Origin: Clostridia bacterium
Lineage (GTDB): Bacteria; Bacillota; Clostridia; TANB77; RGIG9151
Assembly (NCBI GenBank): GCA_017450465.1
Contig: JAFSUW010000021.1
Location: 69,856-101,855 of the forward strand
Reading direction: 5' to 3'
DNA length: 32,000 bases
A program made the position numbers and the translations under genes. A model generated the notes under the pieces. That model was given only the letters and a program-made list of their open reading frames with translations. It searched no databases and was not told the origin of the DNA. This document shows positions 18,104 to 27,759 of this stretch, piece by piece. The first letter of the stretch is position 1. Every line of letters starts with the position of its first letter.

Positions 18104-20377
18104 CTAAATCGAATTCCTCTTTTTCTTTAATTCAAAATCCACAAGTTTTAATACTTGCAAATCACCATCATTAGCATTTACAATTCTGTTTGATTGATTT
18201 ACTATTGCTTTTTCTACTACATTTCTTACAAGTCGTCCATTACCATTATCATTTCTACCTTTAATATTCTTTGATTCAAAGTATGTAATAAGTGGCTCTA
18301 TGCAAGAATTATCAATAATATAATCATTCTTCTTAGCAATTTCATCCGCAATCAAATACATTTCCTTTGGCGTATAGTCAGCAAATTCTACAAAGTTTGG
18401 AAAACGTGATTTTAGGCCAGAATTACTCTTTAAGAAATGTTCCATTTCCGCTTTATAACCTGCCAAAATTACCACTAAATTATCTTTATTGTCTTCCATC
18501 ATTTTTACTAATGTGTCTATCGCTTCTAAACCAAAAGTATCATTCTTATCTCTTGATAGTGAATATGCTTCATCTATAAATAATACTCCACCAAGTGCTG
18601 AACTTATCTTTGCAGTTGTCTTTGCAGCAGTTTCTCCTACATGTTCTCCAACAAGGTCTCCACGCGTTACTTCAACAAGCTGACCTTTTTCAAGTACTCC
18701 AAGAGCTTTTAAGTACTCCGCTACTATTCTTGCAATAGTAGTTTTTCCTGTTCCAGGATTACCTGTAAATATCATATTCATTGAAATTGAAGAATTTTTA
18801 AAACCTGCTTCTTCTCTCATTTTCCTAGCTACTACGTTATCTTCAAGTTTTAGTACATATTCTTTTACTTCATTAAGTCCTATTATTGAATTTAACTCTG
18901 CTTTTACTTCTTCTAAAGTTTCATTCGTCTTTTTTTGTGCAAATTTACTTAGTTTTATTACATTTTTCTCATCATAAACCGCAACTTCATTCTCTACTAC
19001 AACAAGTGTTAATTGTTGTTCATTTGTTGGTTGCATTTTTAGTTTATAATCTACCAATGGCTTATGAATATTTTGCTCTATATAATACTTTATACTTCGC
19101 ATACCTATATTCTTGCTATAAAATTGTTTCAAAAAGTCGATAAGACCTTCATCATAATATAAACTTAACTCTAATTCACTACGACAGCTAACTACAAAAT
19201 AATTTGTATAATTTGCAACCATTCTTGTAATTTCTTCATCAGAAAAATCTTTTACCTCAATAACATCTCCAATTTTACTAAATACAGAATCTCCAACAAT
19301 AGCTCCAAAATCTCTTGGTTCACCCATCGAAATGAATACAAAATACTTATTGTTACATGAAATCTTTGCTCTACCATCGTTAGTATCTACATAAGTAAAG
19401 TTATTTTTTAATAAATCCACCAAAAAGGCGGTATTTTTACTAGATAATGCTTTAAAATTTTCTATAACTATTACTTCTTCTTGATCATTTAATAGATGTA
19501 TAAAATTATTTGCAAATTCTACATAGTTTTCATCTTTACTATATTGTGCACAATCAAATCTTGATACACCTGCTTTTATAACCAGCTCCTCCGTCATCAT
19601 AGACGAAATAACATTTACAAGTTCTAATAATAATTCGGATTCATTTGTAAATATTGTTATTATGTTTTTAGGTGCATTTAAGTCATTTTTTATAAGATAT
19701 GGTCTTTCAAATGCTACAACTAGATTATTTATTAAATCTTTACTAGTCATATACATATTTGAAAGTTCGCTTCTTATTTTAGCAAAAACATCTTTGTAAT
19801 TTATTTCACGAGTTACTTTTTCTTCTTTTTTGAATTCAGTTATAACGTTTGCTATTCTTTCATCTGTAAGACCGAATGTTAGTTTATACATATCTAGTAT
19901 TTTCATTTGTTCTTCATTTGGCCCACCACCAATGGTAGCCATCTTGTAGAATAGTTGGAATAAGCTATCTTCAAAAGCTTCCTGCTCTTTCATTGGCTTT
20001 GCCTTATAATACAAATCGATGCCTTCGTGTAAATTATATACTACATACTTAGTCTTTTCGTGGAAAAACTTTTTCTTTTCATCTTGATAAACTTTAGTTA
20101 TATCCAAAAATTGCGATTTAGTTAAATTAAATCTATTTATATAGTCTCCCACAAATTTATCAAACTCAGCAAAAAACTCAGGGTTCGCACGAGCTATTTG
20201 AGCAAACAATAATACGATACAATATATATCATTATCTGCTATCTCTTCTGCTCTATAAGCACGCCCTTTTCTTAATCTTAAGTTTGCTCCACATTTTGGA
20301 CAAACGCAATTAAAAATCACTTGATTTGGAAGTCCTACTATACTTGCACAACTTGGACATTCGAAAGTATTATTCAT
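18104..20377 (-). CDS. zinc-ribbon / TerB-like / degenerate-AAA / CbbX-type AAA+ multidomain ATPase
   Basis: 757 aa. N-terminal CPSC...CPKC ribbon, a helical region, then a C-terminal module IIGLNEVKEY...GNPGTGKT...LFIDEAY...VVILAGY closely similar to the modules of the downstream gene. Confidence 0.85.
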   Translation of the reverse strand: MNNTFECPSCASIVGLPNQVIFNCVCPKCGANLRLRKGRAYRAEEIADNDIYCIVLLFAQIARANPEFFAEFDKFVGDYINRFNLTKSQFLDITKVYQDEKKKFFHEKTKYVVYNLHEGIDLYYKAKPMKEQEAFEDSLFQLFYKMATIGGGPNEEQMKILDMYKLTFGLTDERIANVITEFKKEEKVTREINYKDVFAKIRSELSNMYMTSKDLINNLVVAFERPYLIKNDLNAPKNIITIFTNESELLLELVNVISSMMTEELVIKAGVSRFDCAQYSKDENYVEFANNFIHLLNDQEEVIVIENFKALSSKNTAFLVDLLKNNFTYVDTNDGRAKISCNNKYFVFISMGEPRDFGAIVGDSVFSKIGDVIEVKDFSDEEITRMVANYTNYFVVSCRSELELSLYYDEGLIDFLKQFYSKNIGMRSIKYYIEQNIHKPLVDYKLKMQPTNEQQLTLVVVENEVAVYDEKNVIKLSKFAQKKTNETLEEVKAELNSIIGLNEVKEYVLKLEDNVVARKMREEAGFKNSSISMNMIFTGNPGTGKTTIARIVAEYLKALGVLEKGQLVEVTRGDLVGEHVGETAAKTTAKISSALGGVLFIDEAYSLSRDKNDTFGLEAIDTLVKMMEDNKDNLVVILAGYKAEMEHFLKSNSGLKSRFPNFVEFADYTPKEMYLIADEIAKKNDYIIDNSCIEPLITYFESKNIKGRNDNGNGRLVRNVVEKAIVNQSNRIVNANDGDLQVLKLVDFELKKKRNSI

Positions 20378-20401
20378 ACCTTTTCCCCCTGTTACAAAAT
20401 A

Positions 20402-21991
<1,590 letters not shown>

Positions 21992-22079
21992 TTATATTTC
22001 CTCCTTAACTTAGTTATCAAACTAATACAATTTACTAAAATGAAATATCAAATAAATATAAGCGAACTTTTAACGAAGT

Positions 22080-22201
22080 TTTTCACATTTATCCAAAACG
22101 TCTTATGGTGGTCAAAAAAGCCGGATGCTTTTTTGAGTGAGTATAAGGCATGGAGGCCGCATACGAACGACCACCATTCGTTTTGGCTATAAATGTGAAA
22201 A
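22080..22201. mobile_element. MITE-like 122-bp imperfect palindrome flanked by an ACGAAGT direct repeat
   Basis: Arms TTTTCACATTTAT+CCAAAACG (22080-22100) pair with CGTTTTGG+(CT bulge)+ATAAATGTGAAAA (22179-22201). An inner 9-bp pair is ATGGTGGTC/GACCACCAT. AACGAAGT occurs at 22072-22079 and again at 22200-22207. Confidence 0.4.
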
Positions 22202-22254
22202 CGAAGTGCTTGTGAGCGATATTATTTGATATTTGGTTTAGTAAAATCAATTTT

Positions 22255-23346
22255 TTATACATTAAACCTAAATAACACAACATCACCATTTTGCATTACA
22301 TAGTCTTTTCCTTCTAAACGCATTAAACCCTTTTCTTTTACAGCATTTACAGAGCCATATTTTATTAAATCATCATAATTTACAACCTCTGCTTTTATAA
22401 ATCCACGCTCTATATCTGTGTGTATCTTGCCTGCCGCTTGTGGTGCCTTAGTTCCTTTTGTTATTGTCCATGCCCTTACTTCTGGTTCACCTGCTGTTAA
22501 GAAACTAATAAGGCCAAGCAAATCATAACCTGCTTTTATTAATTTATCTAAGCCAGATTCTTCTACACCAAGTTCCTTCAAAAATTCCATCTTTTCATTA
22601 TCTTCAAGTGTAGATAATTCTTCTTCTATCTTTGCAGAAATCGCAATTGCTTTTGAATTTTCAGTTTTTGCAAATTCTTTTAATTCTTTAAAGTATTTAT
22701 TATCATCAGCAGTTGCTATTTCTTCTTCGCTAATGTTTCCAACATATATTACTGGCTTAGATGTAAGTAAGAATGTACCGCGAATTATTTCTTGTTCTTC
22801 ATCGTTTAAGTCTAGCGTTCTTACACTCTTTCCAGCTTCTAAAACTTTTTTTGCTTTTTCTAGCGTATCTACTTCTATTTGAAACTTCTTATCGCCACGA
22901 GCTGCCTTAACTGCTTTTTCTAAACGCTTTTCTACCATATCAAGGTCTGCTAAAATAAGCTCTAAATTAATTGTTTCTACATCACGAAGTGGAGATATAC
23001 TTCCTTCAACGTGGACAATATCCGCATTTTCAAAGCATCTTACAACGTGGACTATTGCATCAGTTTCACGAATGTGTGATAAAAATTTATTTCCAAGTCC
23101 TTCACCTTTACTTGCTCCCTTGACCAAACCTGCTATATCTACAAATTCTACAACTGCTGGTGTAACTTTTTGTGGATGATATATTTTTGCAAGTTCATTT
23201 AATCTTTCATCTGGCACCGCAACAACTCCAACATTTGGTTCTATGGTACAAAATGGGTAATTAGCGCATTCAGCCCCTGCTTTTGTTATCGCATTAAATA
23301 AAGTACTCTTTCCTACGTTTGGTAGTCCTACTATTCCAAGTTTCAT
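22255..23346 (-). CDS. ychF: redox-regulated ribosome-binding ATPase YchF
   Basis: MKLGIVGLPNVGKSTLFNA, a coiled-coil insert and a C-terminal TGS domain (GFIKAEV...GKDYVMQNGDVVLFRFNV). Confidence 0.95.
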   Translation of the reverse strand: MKLGIVGLPNVGKSTLFNAITKAGAECANYPFCTIEPNVGVVAVPDERLNELAKIYHPQKVTPAVVEFVDIAGLVKGASKGEGLGNKFLSHIRETDAIVHVVRCFENADIVHVEGSISPLRDVETINLELILADLDMVEKRLEKAVKAARGDKKFQIEVDTLEKAKKVLEAGKSVRTLDLNDEEQEIIRGTFLLTSKPVIYVGNISEEEIATADDNKYFKELKEFAKTENSKAIAISAKIEEELSTLEDNEKMEFLKELGVEESGLDKLIKAGYDLLGLISFLTAGEPEVRAWTITKGTKAPQAAGKIHTDIERGFIKAEVVNYDDLIKYGSVNAVKEKGLMRLEGKDYVMQNGDVVLFRFNV

Positions 23347-23370
23347 TTTATCTATCTCCTTTTCTAATGT

Positions 23371-24123
23371 TTACATCATATCGCTCATTGAATATAGTTT
23401 GCCTGGTTTTTTATCCACAATATATTTAACTGCTTTTAATGCCCCGGCAGCAAATATTTCTCGTGAAAACGACTTATGCGTAATTTCTAAAACTTCATCC
23501 TGGCCTAAAAACATTACTGTATGTTCACCAACCATATTACCACCACGAATAGAATGTATACCTATTTCGTTTTTAGGACGTTTTTCGTGACGTGAATGAC
23601 GTTCAAAACAATAATTTTCTTTTTCATCAACCACCTCATTTATAGCATCTGCTATCATTAATGCAGTGCCACTTGGTGCATCTACTTTTGTATTATGATG
23701 TATATCTGTTATTTCTATATCAAAATCATCTGCTAGTACCTTTGACGCTTGTTTTACTAAACTTAAAAGTAAATTTACTCCAATAGACATATTGGCTGAA
23801 CGAAATACTGGTATCTTATGTGCAGCTTCTTCTATTTTCTTTGACTGCTCATCATTAAATCCAGTTGTTGCAATTACAAGCGGTGTGTTTGTTTTTTCTC
23901 CATAGCTTAACACGCTATCTAAGCAAACTGCATTTGAAAAATCTAGAACTACATCCGCTTTTTCAGTGCATTCTTCAATACTCTTATAAACTGGATAATC
24001 GTTTAATGCTTGTCCATCTATAGAAACCCCGGCAACAACTTTTAGGGTTTCATCTTTTTCAATGAGGTGAGTTATTACCTGCCCCATTTTTCCATTACTT
24101 CCAGACAAAATAATATTAATCAT
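23371..24123 (-). CDS. dapB: 4-hydroxy-tetrahydrodipicolinate reductase
   Basis: N-terminal GSNGKMG Rossmann motif and EITDIHHNTKVDAPSGTA, the DapB signature. Confidence 0.9.
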   Translation of the reverse strand: MINIILSGSNGKMGQVITHLIEKDETLKVVAGVSIDGQALNDYPVYKSIEECTEKADVVLDFSNAVCLDSVLSYGEKTNTPLVIATTGFNDEQSKKIEEAAHKIPVFRSANMSIGVNLLLSLVKQASKVLADDFDIEITDIHHNTKVDAPSGTALMIADAINEVVDEKENYCFERHSRHEKRPKNEIGIHSIRGGNMVGEHTVMFLGQDEVLEITHKSFSREIFAAGALKAVKYIVDKKPGKLYSMSDMM

Positions 24124-24132
24124 ATGTATCTC

Positions 24133-25014
24133 CTACTTTCTATATTCTTCCATTGCTCTATATAAAATTTCTTTATTCTTTTCACTCATTTCAATAAGTG
24201 GAAGTCGCACGCCTCCAACATCAAAACCAAGTTTTCTTACAGCGGCCTTTACTGGAATAGGATTTACTTCACAAAATAGTGCATTTATTAAATCTAAAGC
24301 CCTTAACTGAATTGCCTTACTTGCTTCTATATTACCATTCATAAATTCAATTACCATGTTATGCGTATCTTGTGGTTCAACATCTGCAAGAACTGATATA
24401 ACACCTTTTGCACCTAACGCTAGCATGGGTACTACTTGGTCATCGTTCCCCGAATAAATATATAAATTATCACCACAAAGATATGCAATTTTAGCAACTT
24501 GTGAAATATTTCCACTGGCTTCTTTTATTGCTACAATGTTTTCAATTTTAGATAATTCATACATTGTTTCAGCTGTCATATTTACACCAGTTCTTCCTGG
24601 CACATTATACATAATAATTGGTATATTTATACTATTTGCTATTGCTTTATAATGCTCTATTAAACCATTTTGCGTTGTTTTATTATAATAAGGCGTAACA
24701 ACTAAAACACCATCTGCGCCTACAGATTCGGCGTATTTTGACATTTCTATAGCTGCCTTAGTAGAATTTGAGCCAGTTCCAGCAATAACAGGAATACGTT
24801 TATTTACTTTATCTATCGTGTATTTTATTACTTCTTTTCTTTCTTCTTCTGTCATAGTTGATGGTTCACCAGTTGTTCCACATATTATTATTGCATCCGT
24901 ATTATTTTCGATATGAAACTCAATTAATTTACTTAAAGTATCATAATTTACCCCTGTTTCTGTAAATGGTGTTATTAGTGCAACTCCCGAACCTATAAAT
25001 GGTATTTTTTTCAT
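24133..25014 (-). CDS. dapA: 4-hydroxy-tetrahydrodipicolinate synthase
   Basis: GSGVALITPF, GTTGE, YNVPGRTG and an active-site Lys region (AIKEASGN). The start is moved to the ATG at 25014, 6 nt after AAAGGAAG. Confidence 0.9.
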   Translation of the reverse strand: MKKIPFIGSGVALITPFTETGVNYDTLSKLIEFHIENNTDAIIICGTTGEPSTMTEEERKEVIKYTIDKVNKRIPVIAGTGSNSTKAAIEMSKYAESVGADGVLVVTPYYNKTTQNGLIEHYKAIANSINIPIIMYNVPGRTGVNMTAETMYELSKIENIVAIKEASGNISQVAKIAYLCGDNLYIYSGNDDQVVPMLALGAKGVISVLADVEPQDTHNMVIEFMNGNIEASKAIQLRALDLINALFCEVNPIPVKAAVRKLGFDVGGVRLPLIEMSEKNKEILYRAMEEYRK

Positions 25015-25144
25015 TTTAATCTTCCTTTCGATAAAATTATCCAAAATGAGTATATCACGAAATTATAACTATGTAAAACATATTATTTAATTTTATGAAT
25101 ATAATTTTAATACATATTATTCATTTAAACGAAAGAAGGTTACA

Positions 25145-26269
25145 ATGCGTAAATTATTATTATTTATTTTTTTACTCATAACCCCTTGCTTTGCTATTAC
25201 TAAACCTACAGTAAATGCTACTTCTGCTATTGCGATTGATACAGTGTCCGGGCGCATTTTATACGAAAAAAATGCTTTTAGTAGAAAACCGATGGCTAGT
25301 ACCACCAAAATTATGACTGCTATTATTGCCGTTGAAAAATGCTCACTGGATGATATTGTTACAATAAGCAAAAAAGCGGCAGCAACTGGTGGATCTAACA
25401 TAAACTTAAAAGAAAATCAACAAATAAAATTAAAAGAATTGCTTTATGGACTTATGCTTGCTTCTGGCAATGACGCCGCCGTCGCTATTGCAGAGCATAC
25501 TGCTGGAAGTGTTGAAGAATTTTCAAAACTTATGAACGAAAAAGCAATAAAAATTGGTGCTTTTAATACTAATTTTGTTACTCCACACGGCTTAGATAAT
25601 GATAACCACTACTCAACTGCCTATGATATGGCAATAATAGCTGCTTACGCATTAAAAAATCCAACAATAAAAGAAATTGTTGGAACTAAAAATAAATACA
25701 TAAACTTTACTGATGGAACTGGCAGAAACCTAAATAATACAAATGCTCTTCTTTCATCTTACGAAGGTGCAGACGGCGTAAAAACTGGATATACTTCGCT
25801 TGCTGGAAGATGTTTAGTTGCCTCTGCTACACGAGATAACTGGCAAGTTATTAGTGTTGTATTTGGCGAACCCACTTCAAAGTCTAGAATAAGTGATAGT
25901 ATAAATATTTTAAACTATTGCTTTAATAACTTTACATTTACCGACCTTAGAACTCTATATAAAATTAATTTTTCAATACCTATCTTAAAAGGAATTAAAA
26001 AAAGCTTTTATCCTATTTATGAAAATGAACTACTTATCCCCCTTACAAATGAAGAAAAAGACGCAATAAAAATTCGTAAAAATAAAAAGAATTACTTAAC
26101 CGCACCAATCATAAAAAATGCCAATGTAGGAGAAATCGAATTTGTTTTAAAAGACGAAGTCCTTGGAAAAATAAATTTAATTTGTGAGAATGAAATAAAA
26201 AGAATGCAGATATCTGACTATTTTTCAAATATTGCTAAACAATATTTTAGTCTATCTGCATTCAAATAA
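25145..26269 (+). CDS. D-alanyl-D-alanine carboxypeptidase (PBP5/DacB-DacF type, S11 peptidase)
   Basis: Signal peptide plus the ASTTK (SxxK), SGN and KTG motifs in the correct order. Confidence 0.87.
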   Translation: MRKLLLFIFLLITPCFAITKPTVNATSAIAIDTVSGRILYEKNAFSRKPMASTTKIMTAIIAVEKCSLDDIVTISKKAAATGGSNINLKENQQIKLKELLYGLMLASGNDAAVAIAEHTAGSVEEFSKLMNEKAIKIGAFNTNFVTPHGLDNDNHYSTAYDMAIIAAYALKNPTIKEIVGTKNKYINFTDGTGRNLNNTNALLSSYEGADGVKTGYTSLAGRCLVASATRDNWQVISVVFGEPTSKSRISDSINILNYCFNNFTFTDLRTLYKINFSIPILKGIKKSFYPIYENELLIPLTNEEKDAIKIRKNKKNYLTAPIIKNANVGEIEFVLKDEVLGKINLICENEIKRMQISDYFSNIAKQYFSLSAFK

Positions 26270-26270
26270 A

Positions 26271-26723
26271 TCACTCTTCATCCTTTGCATTATTTAATTT
26301 CCAAAACCAAATTACAACATATAATATTCCAACAAAAACTACAGCTAATTCTTTTATTATCCATTCAACAAAAACTTGGTGTATTTCTAATGAGGTAATA
26401 GACGTATTTTCTGGATCAGAAGCATCATAATAAACTATTAAACTATTATCTTCTGGCACCTTGGTAAACGAAGTAAGTCCATATAAATTAAAACTTGTAT
26501 ATTCTTTTCCACTTACTTTATATGTATATCTTATTACTCTTTTATCATTTTCACTCATATTATGTGTTGTAGTTTCAATAATTGTTCCATTAGTTCCACT
26601 ATATCTTTTTTCTTTAATAAGCAAGCTAATCGGCGTTATCGATAAAAACACCATTATACACAATAAAAGTATTCCTACAATACAAAGTATATTCACTCTT
26701 TTAGCGCTTTCTTCTTCTGTCAT
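26271..26723 (-). CDS. small membrane protein, two transmembrane segments flanking a beta-rich domain (DUF3592-like from memory)
   Basis: Start placed at the ATG at 26723 (MTEEESAKR), 7 nt after GAGGGAGGA. Confidence 0.55.
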   Translation of the reverse strand: MTEEESAKRVNILCIVGILLLCIMVFLSITPISLLIKEKRYSGTNGTIIETTTHNMSENDKRVIRYTYKVSGKEYTSFNLYGLTSFTKVPEDNSLIVYYDASDPENTSITSLEIHQVFVEWIIKELAVVFVGILYVVIWFWKLNNAKDEE

Positions 26724-26743
26724 ATGTATGTCCTCCCTCATAC

Positions 26744-26769
26744 GAGCGACTTATTTGTCGCTCCTACAC
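26744..26769 (-). repeat. degenerate member of the TGTAGGGGCG hairpin family
   Basis: Minus strand reads GTGTAGGAGCGAC-AAATAA-GTCGCTC, between the sleB-like gene and the next gene. Confidence 0.5.
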
Positions 26770-26796
26770 TCAGTAATTATTTTACCACTTTATACA

Positions 26797-27453
26797 TTAT
26801 TTTGCAAAGTAATGTTTTCCTATTACTTTTACAACTGGTCTACTCCATATCCATTTACTTGTACTAGTTGCTGGATTAAAAAAATAAATACATCCACCTG
26901 ATGGATCCCAACCATTCATAGCATCACTCGCTGCTTTTAATGCTGTAGTTGATGGCGACAAATTAATTTGCCCATCTGAAACTGAGTCAAATGCTCCTGT
27001 TTGATAAACTACACCTGCTATTGTGTTTGGAAAACCTGCATGTTTTACACGGTTTAGTATAACCGCCCCTACCGCTACTTGCCCTTCATACGGTTCACCT
27101 CGTGCTTCACCATTTATAGCCCTTGCAAGAAGATTTACATTACTGTTGTTATTTGTTGTTGTAGTACTTATACCAAGCTTTTTAAGTGTAGCATTTCCAA
27201 CAATTCCATCAACAGTAAGTCCATTCTTTGCCTGAAAATTTCTTACTGCTTGATATGTTTGATAACCATAAATACCATCTACAGTTCCTTTATAATAACC
27301 CCAATCTTTAAGTTTAGTCTGAATTTGTCTAACCTCATTACCACTAGAGCCATAATATGAATAGACTTCTGTGTATTTCATATAACCAAAATAAAACAAT
27401 GTACAAAAACTATATACGAATAAAATAAAAAAAGCAAATACTATTTTTCTCAT
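26797..27453 (-). CDS. sleB: spore cortex-lytic enzyme SleB-like (PG_binding_1 + Hydrolase_2 domains)
   Basis: Signal-anchor; peptidoglycan-binding repeat (VRQIQTKLKDWGYYKGTVDGIYGYQTYQAVRNFQAKNGLTVDGIVG); SleB/CwlJ catalytic region (ARAINGEARGEPYEGQVAVGAVILNRV...VVYQTGAFDSV). Confidence 0.82.
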   Translation of the reverse strand: MRKIVFAFFILFVYSFCTLFYFGYMKYTEVYSYYGSSGNEVRQIQTKLKDWGYYKGTVDGIYGYQTYQAVRNFQAKNGLTVDGIVGNATLKKLGISTTTTNNNSNVNLLARAINGEARGEPYEGQVAVGAVILNRVKHAGFPNTIAGVVYQTGAFDSVSDGQINLSPSTTALKAASDAMNGWDPSGGCIYFFNPATSTSKWIWSRPVVKVIGKHYFAK

Positions 27454-27556
27454 AATGTCCTCCTTTAGTATTTGCTTTTATTTTGCCTATTTTTGTTTTT
27501 ATTATACTTTTTTTAATAAATTGTTGTTTATCTAAATAAATGAATTAATTAAAATC

Positions 27557-27713
27557 GTAGGGGCGGGGTTCCATCCCCGCCCACCAACATTGTACACGGG
27601 CGGGTTACAAACCCGCCCCCACATTAGTTTGATCCAATTTATTATTAGTACTGTTTATACGCAAAAATGTAGGGGCGAATATCATTCGCCCGAACGCGAA
27701 CAAGGTTCGCGTA
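27557..27713. repeat. cluster of four GC-rich hairpins (three of the TGTAGGGGCG family, in both orientations) downstream of the pilin-like gene
   Basis: GGGCGGGG-TTCCAT-CCCCGCCC (27561-27582); GGGCGGGTT-ACA-AACCCGCCC (27598-27618); GGGCGAAT-ATC-ATTCGCCC (27673-27691); CGCGAAC-AAG-GTTCGCG (27695-27711). Confidence 0.75.
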
Positions 27714-27759
27714 GTTTTTTAATTCTCCCTGCAAACAACAATTTATCAAACAATTTATT

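Noticed and set aside
22089-22289. 66-aa minus-strand ORF between ychF and the ABC-F gene
   Set aside because: It starts inside the 3' end of ychF, has no RBS, and runs straight through the 122-bp palindromic element. It is better explained as a non-coding repeat or structured region.
25015-25144. Possible lysine (L-box) riboswitch upstream of dapA
   Set aside because: Only ~130 bp of AT-rich DNA is shared with the divergent carboxypeptidase promoter. That is too short, and no conserved L-box helices were visible.
25117-26901. Antisense ORFs 25117-25401 (-) and 26461-26901 (+)
   Set aside because: They overlap the well-supported carboxypeptidase, DUF3592-like and sleB-like genes on the opposite strand. 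They have low-complexity hydrophobic composition and no RBS.
27557-27713. The GC hairpins downstream of the pilin gene as the DGR target-recognition hairpin
   Set aside because: In characterised DGRs the hairpin lies immediately after the VR/IMH. Here the nearest hairpin is more than 120 nt beyond the sharp composition boundary, and the same hairpin family occurs at unrelated loci.
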